Translations under genes and position numbers: made by a program | The notes under the pieces: model-generated | Database searches by the model: none | What the model saw: only the letters and a program-made list of their open reading frames with translations | Told to the model about the DNA's origin: nothing | In this document: positions 38,971 to 53,979 of the stretch, one piece after another | Layout of the letters: each line of letters begins with the position of its first letter | Numbering within the stretch: the stretch's first letter is position 1 | Assembly: GCA_951406725.2 (NCBI GenBank) | Contig: OX597824.1 | Location: 29,264,001 to 29,328,000 of the forward strand | Length of the DNA: 64,000 nucleotides | From: Octopus vulgaris | Lineage: Eukaryota | Reading direction: 5' to 3'

Positions 38971-39668
38971 TAGCCGTCCAAGTGACAATCGAATGTAACC
39001 AAAAGCACGAGACATGTTGAACGTATTAAACTGCTGACACTGCATTTCTTCATTTATTTTTCTCTTTATTCTTTCTCCTCTCAAGTCAAAATATGCAGCT
39101 AAATCTTCCTCTTGATATTTGAGATATTGGCTTAATCTGTTCACACATTTTTTTTTTTTTTTCCTTCTATTCTATTTCTTCCGAGGTAGACATTTGTGTA
39201 GCTTTTATCCTCAAAAGGACATCAGAAACAATGAAATTCTATTTGGACTAATGTTCCCTTCGTAGGTATTACACGTTGCTTTAGGTGATATCTCTAAAAC
39301 GTAACCAACAGCAGTTTCAGTTCATTCCAATATATGTTTTTATTCTTCGTACATGATTTCCATGTGTTTTTCTGTTGCTGTTCTGTTCGTTTTAGGTATT
39401 ATTTTTTTTTATATGGTCTTTTTCTTTCTAATTTAATTTTCTTATATTTTTTTTTATTATTACGTCTTCCTCTTATTCTGTTTTATGTGTGTGTGTGTGT
39501 ATGTGTGTGTGTGTGTGAAAGCATATATATTACTAATACATATACCATTATATATATATGTATGTGTGTGTGTGTGTTTATATGCATACATATATAAATA
39601 TATATATATATAAATATATATATATATACATATATATATGTGTATATGTATAGGTATATATATATATT

Positions 39669-39706
<38 letters not shown>

Positions 39707-39742
39707 TATATGTTTATAAATATATATATATATATATGAATA

Positions 39743-39789
<47 letters not shown>

Positions 39790-39865
39790 GTGTGTGTATA
39801 TATATATAGATATATATGTATATACATATATGTACTACATATATATATATATATATATGGTTGGA

Positions 39866-39920
<55 letters not shown>

Positions 39921-40083
39921 CATATATGCATGTATGTGTGTGTGCGTGTTCACATATTCTCCATTCAATTTGTGTCCATTTATTTTTTTTTTCATCTCTT
40001 TCGTATTTTATTTTTTTTTTTTTTTCCTTTTCCCTTATTTTGTTCCTTCGATTTTGTATGTCAATAAACTTCATTTGTTAACT

Positions 40084-40093
40084 GACCAATCAG
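40084..40093 (+). promoter_or_regulatory. CCAAT-box (NF-Y consensus) in a unique island
   Basis: GACCAATCAG; motif match only. Confidence 0.25.
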
Positions 40094-40662
40094 GGAATCG
40101 TGCCACATTTTCGGCTACTTTAATACTGAGATAAGGCTCGAGGTAAAACAACCAGTTTGTTTCTGTTGTCCGAAATCCATTGTAGCTCGTTCTTCATACA
40201 ATGGCCGAATCAAGGAAGATATTAACTTCATTCCCCTATTGCCTTCTCTTCAGAATTTATTCCATTTTGTAAAGCGTGACAATTTCGTCGCAATGTCGCC
40301 CTCCTTTTCGCTCATGTGGTGGTAGTTTTTGTTTTGATTTTTTAACATTTATTTTCTATTGTCGATGTTCATGTTGCCTTTATTGCTGTTGTTGTTGATG
40401 TCTTTCATTGGCACGCTTTTTGTTGATGCTATTAATTTTTTTTATTCTTTTGCTAGTTTTCCAATAAAAAATTTAATTTAACCAATGCCTGTTTCAGCAG
40501 ACACACACATACACACTCACACACACACACACATATATACGCCTTCAATCCCAGAACGCAGACAAGCAGACATACCACTCATTCAAGCACACATACACGC
40601 ACACACATACACGCACACACATACACGCACACACACACACAACACACACACAAACACAAACA

Positions 40663-40702
<40 letters not shown>

Positions 40703-43011
40703 AGACACACACAACCTGTGAGTTTCTGTGTTTGTGTACGCGTGTGTGTGTGTGTGCATGTGTGTGCGTGCATGTAAGTGTGTGTGTGAGCGTTTGTGTG
40801 AGAGCGTTTGTATGAACATGTGTTTGTATTTATGTGTGCATGTGTATGTGTGAGTGTGAGTGCACATTTGTATGTGCGTGCATGTTTATGTGCGTATGTA
40901 TGCATGTGTGCGTGAGTGAGTGCATGTACGTTTGTGTGTGCGTGCGCGTGTGTGTGTGTGTGTGTGCGTGTGCATGTCTGTATACAAGCAATCAGTATTT
41001 CTTTATTGTATAGTTCCTCCCAGCTTGAAATATGCGTGCAACGGTTTAAACTTAATTCTTTCTGGGGATAAAGCTTTCCCAATAGCCGGATTATTATTTT
41101 TTTTTCCGTTCCCGTTTTATAACCATGGAATTTTCTTCACCTGATATGAGAACCAATGTATTTACAATTAGATATGTGCAGTGCATATTGAATGATACAA
41201 CATAATATAATACTTGTTCAAACTTTGAAAACAAAAACAAAAAAAAAACCCGGAAAAGACAAGACCGTTGTAAATAACTTGTAGAAGTTTTAAATCAAGC
41301 GTGTTAAGTTTATTTTAGCCAAGTGTATATCATGTACTGTAATAAAATTGCAATGACTTCGGTCACAAAACCCAATTATAGCCTGAAATCTTACCAATGC
41401 TTCCACACACAAACTTAAAATACAACACATTGACGAGCACACAACTATAAGTATCTCGTTTTCGTTTCATTCATACAAATGACCTAAACCATAAATGTAT
41501 ATCTATATATATATATTTGCATATGTTTAAGTTTCTTCGTTCTTCTGGAGACAGTGTAGAATACCTGCTGTGCTGATAACGCCTCTTTAGGCAGAAACAC
41601 GTGTTTACAACTGTCATCATTTTTCAAACAAACACACTGTATCTATCCTTAAGGGTATGTTAGTTTTGGAGAATTGTTAAATCTTGGGATTAGCTCCTCT
41701 TCTAGAGTAGAGTTGATTCCAATTTGTCGCCAATTCATTGATATACCTACACTGGGAACGAAGATAGTTTCACTTAGTAAAGAATTTATTTTATATTATA
41801 CATACCATCGGCACTCTGATTTAACCACTCCAACAATGCACCTGCTGCTTTGGTACCAGGCACATTGATGAGAATATATTTCCTTATGCCTATAAGCACA
41901 GCCTACCCACGAACTAGCAAAAGACATACCATAGATATGCGTGTTCAATATTGTTTATATCCCTTGAATTAATTCTAATTCCTCTCTGAATATTACATAT
42001 GTATATAAATCTTTGTGCCTATGTTTGTCATCCACCAGCGCTTGACAACTGGTGTTGGTGTATTTAAGTTAGCGGTTCGCAAAAGGGAACGGTAATATAA
42101 GTATCATGGTTAAAAGTAAGTACTGAGATCGCTTCGTTTAACAAAAAATTCTTCAAGGTGGTGCCCCAGCATGGCCGGAGTCTAATGACTGAAACAAGTA
42201 GAAAATTGTTTTTATATAATGACTTACATGTGTTGTCCTTTTTTTATGATCGCTTCATACTTAAACAGTTTCCATATTTGTTTTTATGTCTGAATATATA
42301 AGAATTGAACTCTGTTGCTTTGTTTCTCGTTTGTCAAATTATTTATTCGTCTACATCTAGACAAGGTTACTGTTTCTGCCATGAAAAGTTTGTATTGATT
42401 GGTGCCTCCATATATAAGTGCCAGCAGACTTCCTACCATGCCATTCCATTTTGTGTCTTCTATAGCATTGTCTTCCAATCATTAATTTTCTTCATAAGTC
42501 ACGTATCATAATTATTGTTATTACATCCAACACACGATTTTTTTCGCTTTTTCTCACTGTGTATATTATTTAAATTGACAGTTTTTCCACTCGTTACTCG
42601 CCAGTTACTCGCTTGCAAAACCTCGGACTTAGCTTCAAATTTGTTTGTGCCCAGTTTTAGACATACTCATCCCTAATTTGGTCATTGAGATTTTTCTTCC
42701 ACTGAGTCTAAACTATCAACAAAATCTTTGCATTAATATAAACCTCTGTAATATACTTTCAATTCCTCTGAAATTCTTCGGCTACAGTTCTACTTCTTTT
42801 ACTAGTTCCATTCATTGGACTAAGGGCAAATTGAGACATCACTCTCAGTGGTTCTAATTCAACATATTTATTTCACTACATACATAGCTCGTCTGTCAGT
42901 ATTTAACGAATCACTAAGATCATTTTGAGATAAAGCGACATAAGAATTAAATTACTTAAATTACTTCAATTATTTGTCAGCATTTTCTTCATTTCACACA
43001 CACAGATATAT

Positions 43012-43050
<39 letters not shown>

Positions 43051-43055
<5 letters not shown>

Positions 43056-43260
43056 AATCCAAACATGAAAGCACAAAAAAACACAATAACGCGAGGACGT
43101 GGAACAAATATAGTATTATTGGACGCTCAGGAAAGAAGGAAAGAATGAGGGGTTAACGTTTCGAGCGGAGCTCTTCGTCGGAAACATCGGAGAAGGAAAG
43201 ATCCCAAAAAGGGAAGACAGAGAAAAAAAAATCGCCAATGGTACACACGCGGTCACATAT
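43051..43260 (-). mobile_element. (TA)n-associated mini-element with minimal hammerhead (43151-43185)
   Basis: GUUU-CCGACGA-A-GAGC(UCC)GCUC-GAAA-CG-UU-AACC; homologous to the 15388 copy. Confidence 0.72.
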
Positions 43261-43440
43261 GTATAATAGAAATATGTTACAAAAAGAAAATAGAAACTAC
43301 ACGAAAATAAGCGAAATGCACATTGGAAATCAAAAAAAGTAAAGGCTTTTTATGAAACGTAACGATAGAAATATGCAATTAAATGAACTGAGGGAGGAAT
43401 AAAAGTAATAAAAGTTATTATTGTGAATTGTTTAAAGAGA

Positions 43441-43485
43441 TTCAAAACATACCGGTTTCATGAATTTACTAATCATTGCTTGGAA
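43441..43485 (-). ncRNA. Candidate degenerate hammerhead with A3-U8 core
   Basis: UUCCAAGCA-AUGAUUA-GUAAAUUCAU-GAAA-CCGG-UA-UGUUUUGAA; stem I 8/9 bp, stem II weak. Confidence 0.38.
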
Positions 43486-43511
43486 ATATATGCGATGTAT
43501 TTTTACAAAGA

Positions 43512-44399
43512 GTGTACGTTTTCTGCTCATTGATTTTGAGACGTATGGTGTTTCCAATTTGACCAAGTCTTTCAGATTTGTCTTGTAACTCTAGACGCGT
43601 GTATGCGAACAAACAGATGTCGTTTGCATAATCTAAATCTTCTAGTTGAGTTGTCTTTCATTCTATACCACGTTTATATTCTTCTATCGTTCTTTACATC
43701 AACCAATTCACTGCCGATGAAAATAAGATTGGTGATAACACGCATCCTTGTTTGACTCCGGTTTTGATTTCGAATGGATCTGTCAGTCTGTTGTAGAATA
43801 TAACTTAACATTCAAAGTTTTCATCATCTTGTCTAATTTGTGTGGGAAACCATAGTGCCTGAGAATCTTCCAAATTGTCTGTCGGTGAATGCTATCGAAA
43901 GCTTCTTTTAAAATAAGCAAACAGCATGCACAAAGAGGAGTTCATGGGATTGTTCAAGTATTTGGCGAATTACAAAAATACTGTCGATAAATGATTTTTC
44001 CTTTCCTAAATCCAGCTTGCTCTTGGCGAAGTAATTGGTCAACTGCTGCTGTGATGCGCTGCAATATGATATGGGTGAATATTTTACAGGTGATTGATAA
44101 CAGAGTGATTCCTCTCCACAATTATAACAGTCTGATGCATCAACTTTCTTTGTTAATTTCACAATGAGTCCTTTTTTCCAGCTGTTCGGTATTTCCTCAT
44201 TTACTCTTTACTCTTTTACTCATTTATCTGTTCCAGTCATTTGACTGTAACCATACTGGAGCACCGCTTTTAATCGAGCACATCGACTCTAAGGCTTATT
44301 CTTTGTAAGCTTAGTACTTATTCTATCGGTCTCTTTTGCCGAACCGCTAAGTTACGGGGACGTAAACACGCCAGCATCGGTTGTCAAGCGACGTTGGGG

Positions 44400-44463
<64 letters not shown>

Positions 44464-44760
44464 GACGGGCTTCTTTCAGATTCCGTCTACCAAATCCACT
44501 CACAAGGCTTTGGTCGGCCAGAGGCTATAGTAGAAGACACTTGTTTACGGTGCCACGCAGTAGGACTGAACCCGGAACCATGTAGTTCGTAAGTAAGCTA
44601 CTTACCACACAGCCATTCTGCTTTAAGAATGTAAGCACTACTCGATCTAATCCTGATGATAGCTTTTATGACTTCATTTACCGTGATCTCTCCTGTGTTG
44701 CTTTCCAAGTCCTTATCCGCTTCTTTTATTTCGGTAGAGATTATTGTCTTTGGACGATAT
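43512..44760 (-). mobile_element. RTE-clade LINE RT pseudogene, inverted 5' segment, interrupted by SINE B
   Basis: PFEIKTGVKQGCVLSPILF...QLEDLDYANDICLF...LKINEQKT. Upstream F..KAFDSIHR..IW.ILR and IP.SW.KGLIVKL.KK.D.SDC.N motifs. Confidence 0.88.
44200..44616 (-). mobile_element. SINE B inserted in the RTE LINE
   Basis: Complete B copy with LINE-like coding sequence on both sides. Confidence 0.9.
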
Positions 44761-45265
44761 AACAGATGCTAACCATGTGATAAACCAATCGCAAATATTG
44801 ACGAATTTAACTATCAAAGCATCAAAATAACAATGGATAGAGTTTGCATTCATGAAATAAATGCAAGAATCAGCCAAGTCAACCAATCATTCGGTATCTT
44901 AAACGCAATATGGAAATCATCAATACTCAGCAAGAACACCAAATCACGATTTTACAAAAGCAACATACCTAGTATCTTCATCCATAGATCCGAATATTGG
45001 AAAACAACTAAAAGTATTGAAAAGAAATTAAAGGTGTTTCGAAATAAATGTTCACGAAAAACTTTTGAAGGTCTACTGGCCGAATGTGATCTCAAATAGC
45101 CAACTACACACCAAAGCTGATGTGAAACCAATAAGAGAAACTATTGAAGCAAGGAGATAGAAATGGCTGGGTCGAGTTTGTCGCTATAAATTGAGCTCAA
45201 TTGTCAGGATCGCTTTGCAATGGGTTTCACAAGGTAAAAGAAGACGTGGCCGATCAAAGCAAAAA
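44761..45265 (+). mobile_element. RTE-clade LINE 3' segment in forward orientation
   Basis: IDEFNY..EINARISQVNQSFGILNAIWKS..TKSRFYKSN..SEYW..F.NKC.RK and KWLGRVCR..ALQWVSQGKRRRGRS. Confidence 0.9.
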
Positions 45266-45584
45266 GGTTAACAATGGAACAAGGGGTGAGTTGGGCTCTT
45301 GAGCAAAACACTTCATTTCATATTGTTTTACTCCACTCAACGTGGGGGTGGGATGTTGGCCTGCACGCCTAGCCAGTTAAGAAGAAGTAGTTAGGGAGGA
45401 GACGCAGACTTCTTACCACACAGTCGCACCTGTGCCACACATCCCATGAATGTCTTTCAGTGATAGAAGGTAGAATGATCTTGTTGTCGCTTCAGATACC
45501 ACAATTAGATCCGAATGAATGAATGAATGAGAATGAATGAATGAGAATGAATGAATGAATGTAGATATATATATATATATATAT

Positions 45585-45880
45585 ATGGCAGAATTGTTAG
45601 CACACCGGGCGAAATGCTTAGCAGTATTTCGTCTGTCTTTACGTTCTAAGTTCAAATTCCACCGAGGCCGACTTTGCCTTTCATCCTTTCGCGCTCGATA
45701 AATTAAGTACCAATTGCATACTGGTGTCGATCTAGTCGACAGGCAACCCCTTCCCCAAAATGTCGGGCCTTGTGCTTAGAGTAGAAAAGAACAAGCACCA
45801 GTTGAGCACTGGACGTGATATAATCGACCTACCTCGTCCCTTAAAACTGCTGTTCTTATATGAAGATTTGAAACCATTTC
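45585..45880 (+). mobile_element. SINE A with duplicated tail
   Basis: TGGCAGAATTGTTAGCAC head, central domain, and two tail variants in series. Confidence 0.8.
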
Positions 45881-46454
45881 TTTTTTGTAATTCTCGAAAT
45901 TCTTAGTACGGAGAAGAATAAATTATTCTCATAACATTTTTTAGGTGGTTAGGAATGATTTTTTTCCAAAATTAGGCGTACGGAGTAGAACTTCAACCAT
46001 TTCGCTTGCCCATGGATTTCACTAGTTAAGATTTTTCTTCGCTCTGCTGATTTTGTAATAACCAGGTCCGACCAATGAAAATGTAATATGAATTTGTTGA
46101 GATAAATTCGTATCCCAAAGCAATTTTATGGAAAATAATTCAATTTTATCTACTTTATATACGATAACTCTAATTCATAGCAAACCTATCAAGGCGTGAT
46201 AAACACTGTTTGATACGCTAGCGCTCATTGATGAAGCCTCGGTGGGGAGACGTGTTGAGTTGCAGAGGAGAATAAAAAATATAATATTCAAGCACGAAAT
46301 TACACTGGGTAGTTCAATAGCCGATGTACATGCATGAAAGGAAAGGAAAATAATTAATAAGAGATAGTTAGATAAGAAAAAAAATAAAAAGGATTCTATC
46401 AAACTGAACAAAATAGATGCGGAATCAAAAAGAAACGTTTAGAAAAAGAGAATG

Positions 46455-46805
46455 CTGCTGATGATGATGATGAGGGTACGAGGATGATGATGATGATGAT
46501 GATGACGGTGATGAGGGGAGGAGGACGAGAAAGGCGGTGGTGGTGGTGGTGGTGGTGATGGTGGTGGTGGTGGTGGTGTGGTGCTGCTGCTGTTGCTGGT
46601 GCTGGTGCTGGTGGTGACGATGAGAATGATGATGAGAAGGTTGATGATGATGAGTACGTTATCCTTGGCCGCTGACAATATTGATGATGATGATGACGAC
46701 GACGGCGATGATGATAATGATGATGATCATGATTATGTTTATGATGATGATGATGATGATGATGATGACAATTACAAGATATTTAATAGCAATAACAACA
46801 ACGAT
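46455..46805. repeat. (GAT/GGT/GCT)n trinucleotide block
   Basis: Direct reading. Confidence 0.9.
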
Positions 46806-47383
46806 AAGTTCCAACATCAGCTAAAGACCAGAAATAAATCGATTCCAATTCTTGACTGGTTCTTTATTTCTATCAATTCCGAAAGATGAGAATCAAAGTC
46901 CATTAAGGTGGATGTTGAACTCAGAAGTAACAACTATTTGTCCGTCGCTCTACTGATTCTGCCAAATCAGTTCATAACTACAAGGACATTGATTCCTTTG
47001 ATTTGCAGCAAGAACATATATGAGGGGACATTACAAGAGCAATCTACAATTTGTGTTGGGGTTTACGTAATAGAAGAGGGGAATGATGATGAAATGAGAT
47101 AAATGTATACAAAGCATTGAATGTATGTGATTCCAGATAGAAAGAATTAAAGAAACCCGCACATCCAGGATTAACCTGAGCGACGAGGCCACGAGCCCTC
47201 GTCCAATTATTGTTTTCCAATCAACAGGTGTGTATTTAGAGTAAGTACACTCACCCTAATCGTTTTTGTCAGAGAATGTGGAATATGAAAGCAAAGCTGG
47301 TGACAGTTGTGATCGGTGTTCTTGGGGCGATGACGAAAATCTTTTAGAAACACCTTGACGCAAACGGAATTTATGCTATCATA

Positions 47384-47789
47384 GCGGCGAGCTGGCAGAA
47401 ACGCTAGCACGCCGGACGAAATGCTTAGCGGAATTTCGTCTGCCGTTACGTTCTGAGTTCAAATTCCGCCGAGGTCGACTTTGCCTTTCATCCTTTCGGG
47501 GTTGATTATATATGTACCAGTTATGTAATCGTCTTAATTCGTTTGTCTGTCCTTGTTTGTCCTCTCTGTGTTTAGCCCCTTGTGGGTAATTAAGAAATAG
47601 AAATAGGTATTTCGTCTGCCGTTACGTTCTGAGTTCAAATTCCGCCGAGGTCGACTTTGCCTTTCATCCTTTCGAGGTCGATAAATTAAGTAACAGTTAC
47701 GCACTGGGGTTGTGGTAATCAATTTAATCCGTTTGTCTGTCCTTGTTTGTCTCCTCTCTGTTTAGCCCCTTGTGGGTAGTAGAGAAATA
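47384..47789 (+). mobile_element. SINE A dimer with 17-bp TSD
   Basis: TSD GGAATTTATGCTA(T/G)CAT at 47366-47382 and 47790-47806; internal junction AAATA|GGTATTTCGTC at 47601-47616. Confidence 0.93.
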
Positions 47790-47959
47790 GGAATTTATGC
47801 TAGCATTCTGCCATCGAGAAAGACCACACTCTAGAAAAGCAGATATCCTGCATGTATTACTGTCTACCTGACGTTAAACAATTCGATATGGTATCAGTTA
47901 AACGAACCAGTGTTCAGAATAAATTCTCTGTGCAAATGAAGGACTGGCAGACTCTCCAG

Positions 47960-48245
47960 AGTTAGGTGACGTATGAGTGTTCAGCTCATACCGAACGACC
48001 TGCACAAATGATTTGTCTTATAGTGATCAAATGTATGTGCTGTACATTAGCCCACACTCTCCATCAAACTGACGTTGCTTGAACAGGTGCCCTGTGTACC
48101 TTGCATCAGGTGTTGAAGCGGTTGCAGAGCAACGTGAGATGAAGTGCTTTGCTCAAGAACACAGCACACCGCCCGGACTAGGATCTGAAACCACGATCTC
48201 GCAACCGTGATTGAAACGCCCTAACCACTAGTCCATGTACCCACA
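47960..48245 (-). mobile_element. Old tRNA-headed SINE, same family as the 56290 copy
   Basis: TGGACTAGTGGTTAGGG..GAGATCGTGGTTTC..TGTGTTCTTGAGCAAAGCACTTCATCTCACGTTGCTCT..ACATTTGATCACTATAA. Confidence 0.72.
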
Positions 48246-48253
48246 CTATGAAG

Positions 48254-48255
<2 letters not shown>

Positions 48256-48322
<67 letters not shown>

Positions 48323-48360
48323 TAATAATAATAATAATGATAATAATAATGATGATAATG

Positions 48361-48424
<64 letters not shown>
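48256..48424. repeat. (AAT)n microsatellite
   Basis: Direct reading. Confidence 0.97.
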
Positions 48425-48425
<1 letters not shown>

Positions 48426-48600
48426 GTGGAACAAATAGGGGCTGCAATAAGGGTGGAGCACTCGCAGAAAACAGCACTGCTTGGAACCGCTCGAATATTC
48501 CCGAAGGTGCTCGAAAAATAAGAAGTGTTACTTTAGTTCACTAGTAGTGAACAACTGACACTGTAGTACATCTCCAGCGTTAGAAGCTGTGCAAAGGCAA
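48425..48600 (+). mobile_element. R4/Dong-like non-LTR element, extreme 3' end
   Basis: VEHSQKTALLGTARIFPKVLEK* matches the QK..LLGTA.ILRK.L terminus of RLE elements; flanked by (AAT)n/(AAC)n. Confidence 0.8.
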
Positions 48601-48675
48601 TGATAACAACAACAACAACAACAATAATAATAATAATAATGATAATAATAATGATGATGATAACAGTAATAATAA

Positions 48676-49205
48676 AGACACGACAGAGTGCGGGCTTATA
48701 TACATTGGAAGCTATGGAGTAACAACAGAAAAAGATGGTGTAAGCACCCGCCAGAAAAGGTCACAGAAAATGAGAAAGCAACCATACTATTGTATATACC
48801 AATACACACAGATAGGGAAATTAAGGCCAATGTGCCGGATATAGAGATCAACAAGGAAAAAATGATTTTTAATCGAAGTATCAATACCAACAGATGATAA
48901 TTTTTCTCTAAAAGAAACGGCGAAACTTTCAAAATACGGAGATTTAGAAATAGAGGTAACTCGAATGTGGAGTTTAAAAACAGAAACAATTCATATCATT
49001 CTAGGCGCATTAGGTATGATCAAAAAATATTCGGACAAATATATAACAAAAACACCGGGACTAACAAGTGTTTATAGCATACGGAAAATAGCACTACGAG
49101 GCACCGCAGACATTCTACGTAAAACACTTTAAATACAGTAAAGATAAGAGCATCACAACAAACCATATCAGAAACCCACACAGCTGCGCTCGATAGTGAA
49201 GGCTT
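48676..49205 (+). mobile_element. R4/Dong-like non-LTR element, RLE endonuclease fragment (pseudogene)
   Basis: RHDRV..YIHWKL...TDREIKANVPDI..FLIEVSIP.D.N...KE..KLSKY.DL.IEV.RMW...IILGALG...KIALRGTADILRKTL. Confidence 0.88.
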
Positions 49206-50730
49206 CGAAAATTAATTAATTAAATAATCAATTAATGGGCCCAATCCCAAGTTAATCTAATGTTTGATGTAGCCAACAAAATGGGTAACATTTTGCCCTC
49301 TTTCCTGGTTCATATGTAGCTCCGATATTTCCTCAAAATAGATGACAACACGCTCACTGACAAAATGAACAGCAGATTCTTATCAATCTAGAAGATTCTT
49401 ATCAATAACCTAATTATATTTGTGACAACATTGGTTGTTTTAGTCCTATGTGAACCAGGTTCGTGTCAGTATTCTAATGGCATCGACTATAGTACAGACT
49501 CAAACAGAGAGAGCCGATTTAATACATTGTAACCATATTGCCAATAGATTTTAAAGATAAGCTTCACTTCCTTAAGACAGTTTCCTAGCTGAGAAACTGC
49601 ACAGCCGCTAAGCTTCTTTCTTCTTTCAAGAGCATTAGTCACTCATTGATTTTTCACAATTATGACGTAGAAATTTATCTCTAGATTTATTTACTGAAAC
49701 TGTGTTCAGAAAATTATGAATAATATGTCTGTATACAGTTCTATATTTAAGAGATGAGGAATTATGTACATTATTTACATTATTTATATTATTTATATTT
49801 GAGGAATATTTGTCTTCATCTTGTAAGTTATACTGCGTTTTTGACTTTGAGAAAAAATGCATGCTTTTGCAAATGTTCACTTTCTTAAATAAACGATACC
49901 TTTTCTAAATACATTAAAATATATAATCTAAACTGTATTCCAGAAAATTACCTTTGTCCTCCTTTAGCTTATAAATGATATATTTTACTGGGGCAAAATG
50001 AGTAAGACAAGATAAGTTAAATTTGCCTCTTCACTTTTCCTTAATTATTTTTGAGAAAAGACGCAAACACATCGTTATCCATCCTTAGACATAGGAAAGA
50101 TCAGAAATGCAACAAAAATTAAAAAAATATCTTGAAAGAGGATCATGGAAAAAGTACACCTATGATATTAACGAAACTTGACTAAATCCCAAAACACAAC
50201 ATAGAATATTCTCTATAGCTTCTTCACGATATGCTAAATTGGTTCTCTTCCCTATATATTGATACACCGTGAAGTTAAAAAGAAGAAAATGAAATTTGTC
50301 ATTACGTATTTTATTCCTTTAGACATAATTTTTTTCAGAACTGAATATTATCAAATAGCACATGAGTGTAGAAAACATTGACTTGGAATCCGACAAAAGA
50401 ATAGATTGTTAAACACCAAAAATTATCCAGATATTATATTAGTAACTTCAGTTGCAATCGGGTCAAACTTGAAGAACAAATTCTTGAAAACAACTAGTAT
50501 CTGTCTAACTGATTTTTTCAAACTCTTTCAACTACAACAACAACAACAACTATGCTGACCAATTTTTTTTTGTCCTAAACATGATGCATATGCTCCAAAT
50601 AATGATGCAATACTCGCCAAGTATCGGTTTCAAACAGAGTAGCAAGGAAATAACAAAAAATCAGAAATTAGTCACAATATTGTTTCACACACACACACAT
50701 ACACATACACACACACACACATACATATAA

Positions 50731-50790
50731 AGTTAATCCAAACAAGAAAACACACAAAAACAAAAAAACACAACAACGCGAGGACGTGGA
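50731..50790 (-). mobile_element. Short terminal fragment of the 15388/43051 mini-element
   Basis: GTTAATCCAAACAAGAAA..CAACAACGCGAGGACGTGGAA, followed by long (TA)n. Confidence 0.8.
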
Positions 50791-50797
50791 AAAAATA

Positions 50798-50913
<116 letters not shown>

Positions 50914-51343
50914 TTATATAAAACAAACATTTCATGCATGTTATTCTTTTCTGATAAATGATGATGTATGTATGCTTGTATACAGATACGTACACACACG
51001 CTATTACATTTATATGTACACACACATAAACACACACACACACACACTCCACACTTGCACACACACACACACACACACTCATATGTATGCATGCAACCAT
51101 ACATAGTTAATTTTATACACATAAACCAATCAGTCAAATCTATTTCACATTTATCTATACCAATCAATCTATAACCTCTCCTCTCCTTCACTCCTTCTCT
51201 CTTTCTCATTTCTGTATTTCTATCAGTTTTTCTGCATCCGTATCTATTCACCAATCTTCCTATCTGTCTATGCATTTATCTATCAATCTATCGATTCCTT
51301 ATTCTACCAATCCCTCGAATAATGAAACGAAGCATAATCGTTG

Positions 51344-51407
<64 letters not shown>

Positions 51408-51744
51408 CAACATCATTCGTATTTTCACGGTGCCTTCGCTTCATTCGTACCCTTCAAAACATCTTTAACCAACCAAACTAGCAAACAAACATACAAAACA
51501 CGAACAAGCAGAAAAAAAGCATTAAAAACTATCCCTTAGAGTTAGACTGATAAAGCAGCGCTGTCCCCTAAATTATAGAGTCATTTCGGAACCTTAAATT
51601 AGAGAAAAGCTAACTCATCTAAGAAAATCCATTACTCTCAGAGTGATGCCCTTAGGATGGCAACCCCGTTATAGTTGTATGGTAATTAGCTATAAACAAA
51701 TCGTTCAGCCTCGTCTCCCTCAGTGTCTTGCTTTCCTTCATTTG

Positions 51745-53560
<1,816 letters not shown>

Positions 53561-53979
53561 GCGCGCACACACATAAAAGCGTACGTGTGCATATGCGTTT
53601 ATGTGTGTGTATATACAAGATATACGGATCCACAAATTGAATGGCGTACAGGCATAGATGTATAATTATGTACATACATCATACATAAGCATATACACTA
53701 CTCGCTTAACCTCGGAAAATTCTTTATATTTTCTCATTACCATTAATAGGTTCCTGGTTACATCCTAACTACCCGTGTTCCCTTTGGATTTTTTGAAGCC
53801 CAACCTCTCAGTTCCCTTTTCTGGGACCATAGATAATTAGATAGTCATTATATAATATAGATAATTAGGTAGATAATCAGGTATGTACGAAAATTATCTG
53901 TACATATATACGCACACATACACATATACACACATACGCACACACACACACAAACACACGCACGCACATACACATATAT

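Noticed and set aside
38490-39020. Recurrent ORFs such as RRASFSFRLPNPLTRLWSARGYSRRHLPKVP and RPRKDERQSRPRRNLNSER
   Set aside because: They are antisense translations of SINE B and SINE A, not a gene family.
38863-39144. 93-aa ORF MNRLSQYLKYQEEDLAAYF
   Set aside because: It has a non-ATG start, runs through (TG)n into a SINE, and no homology was recognised.
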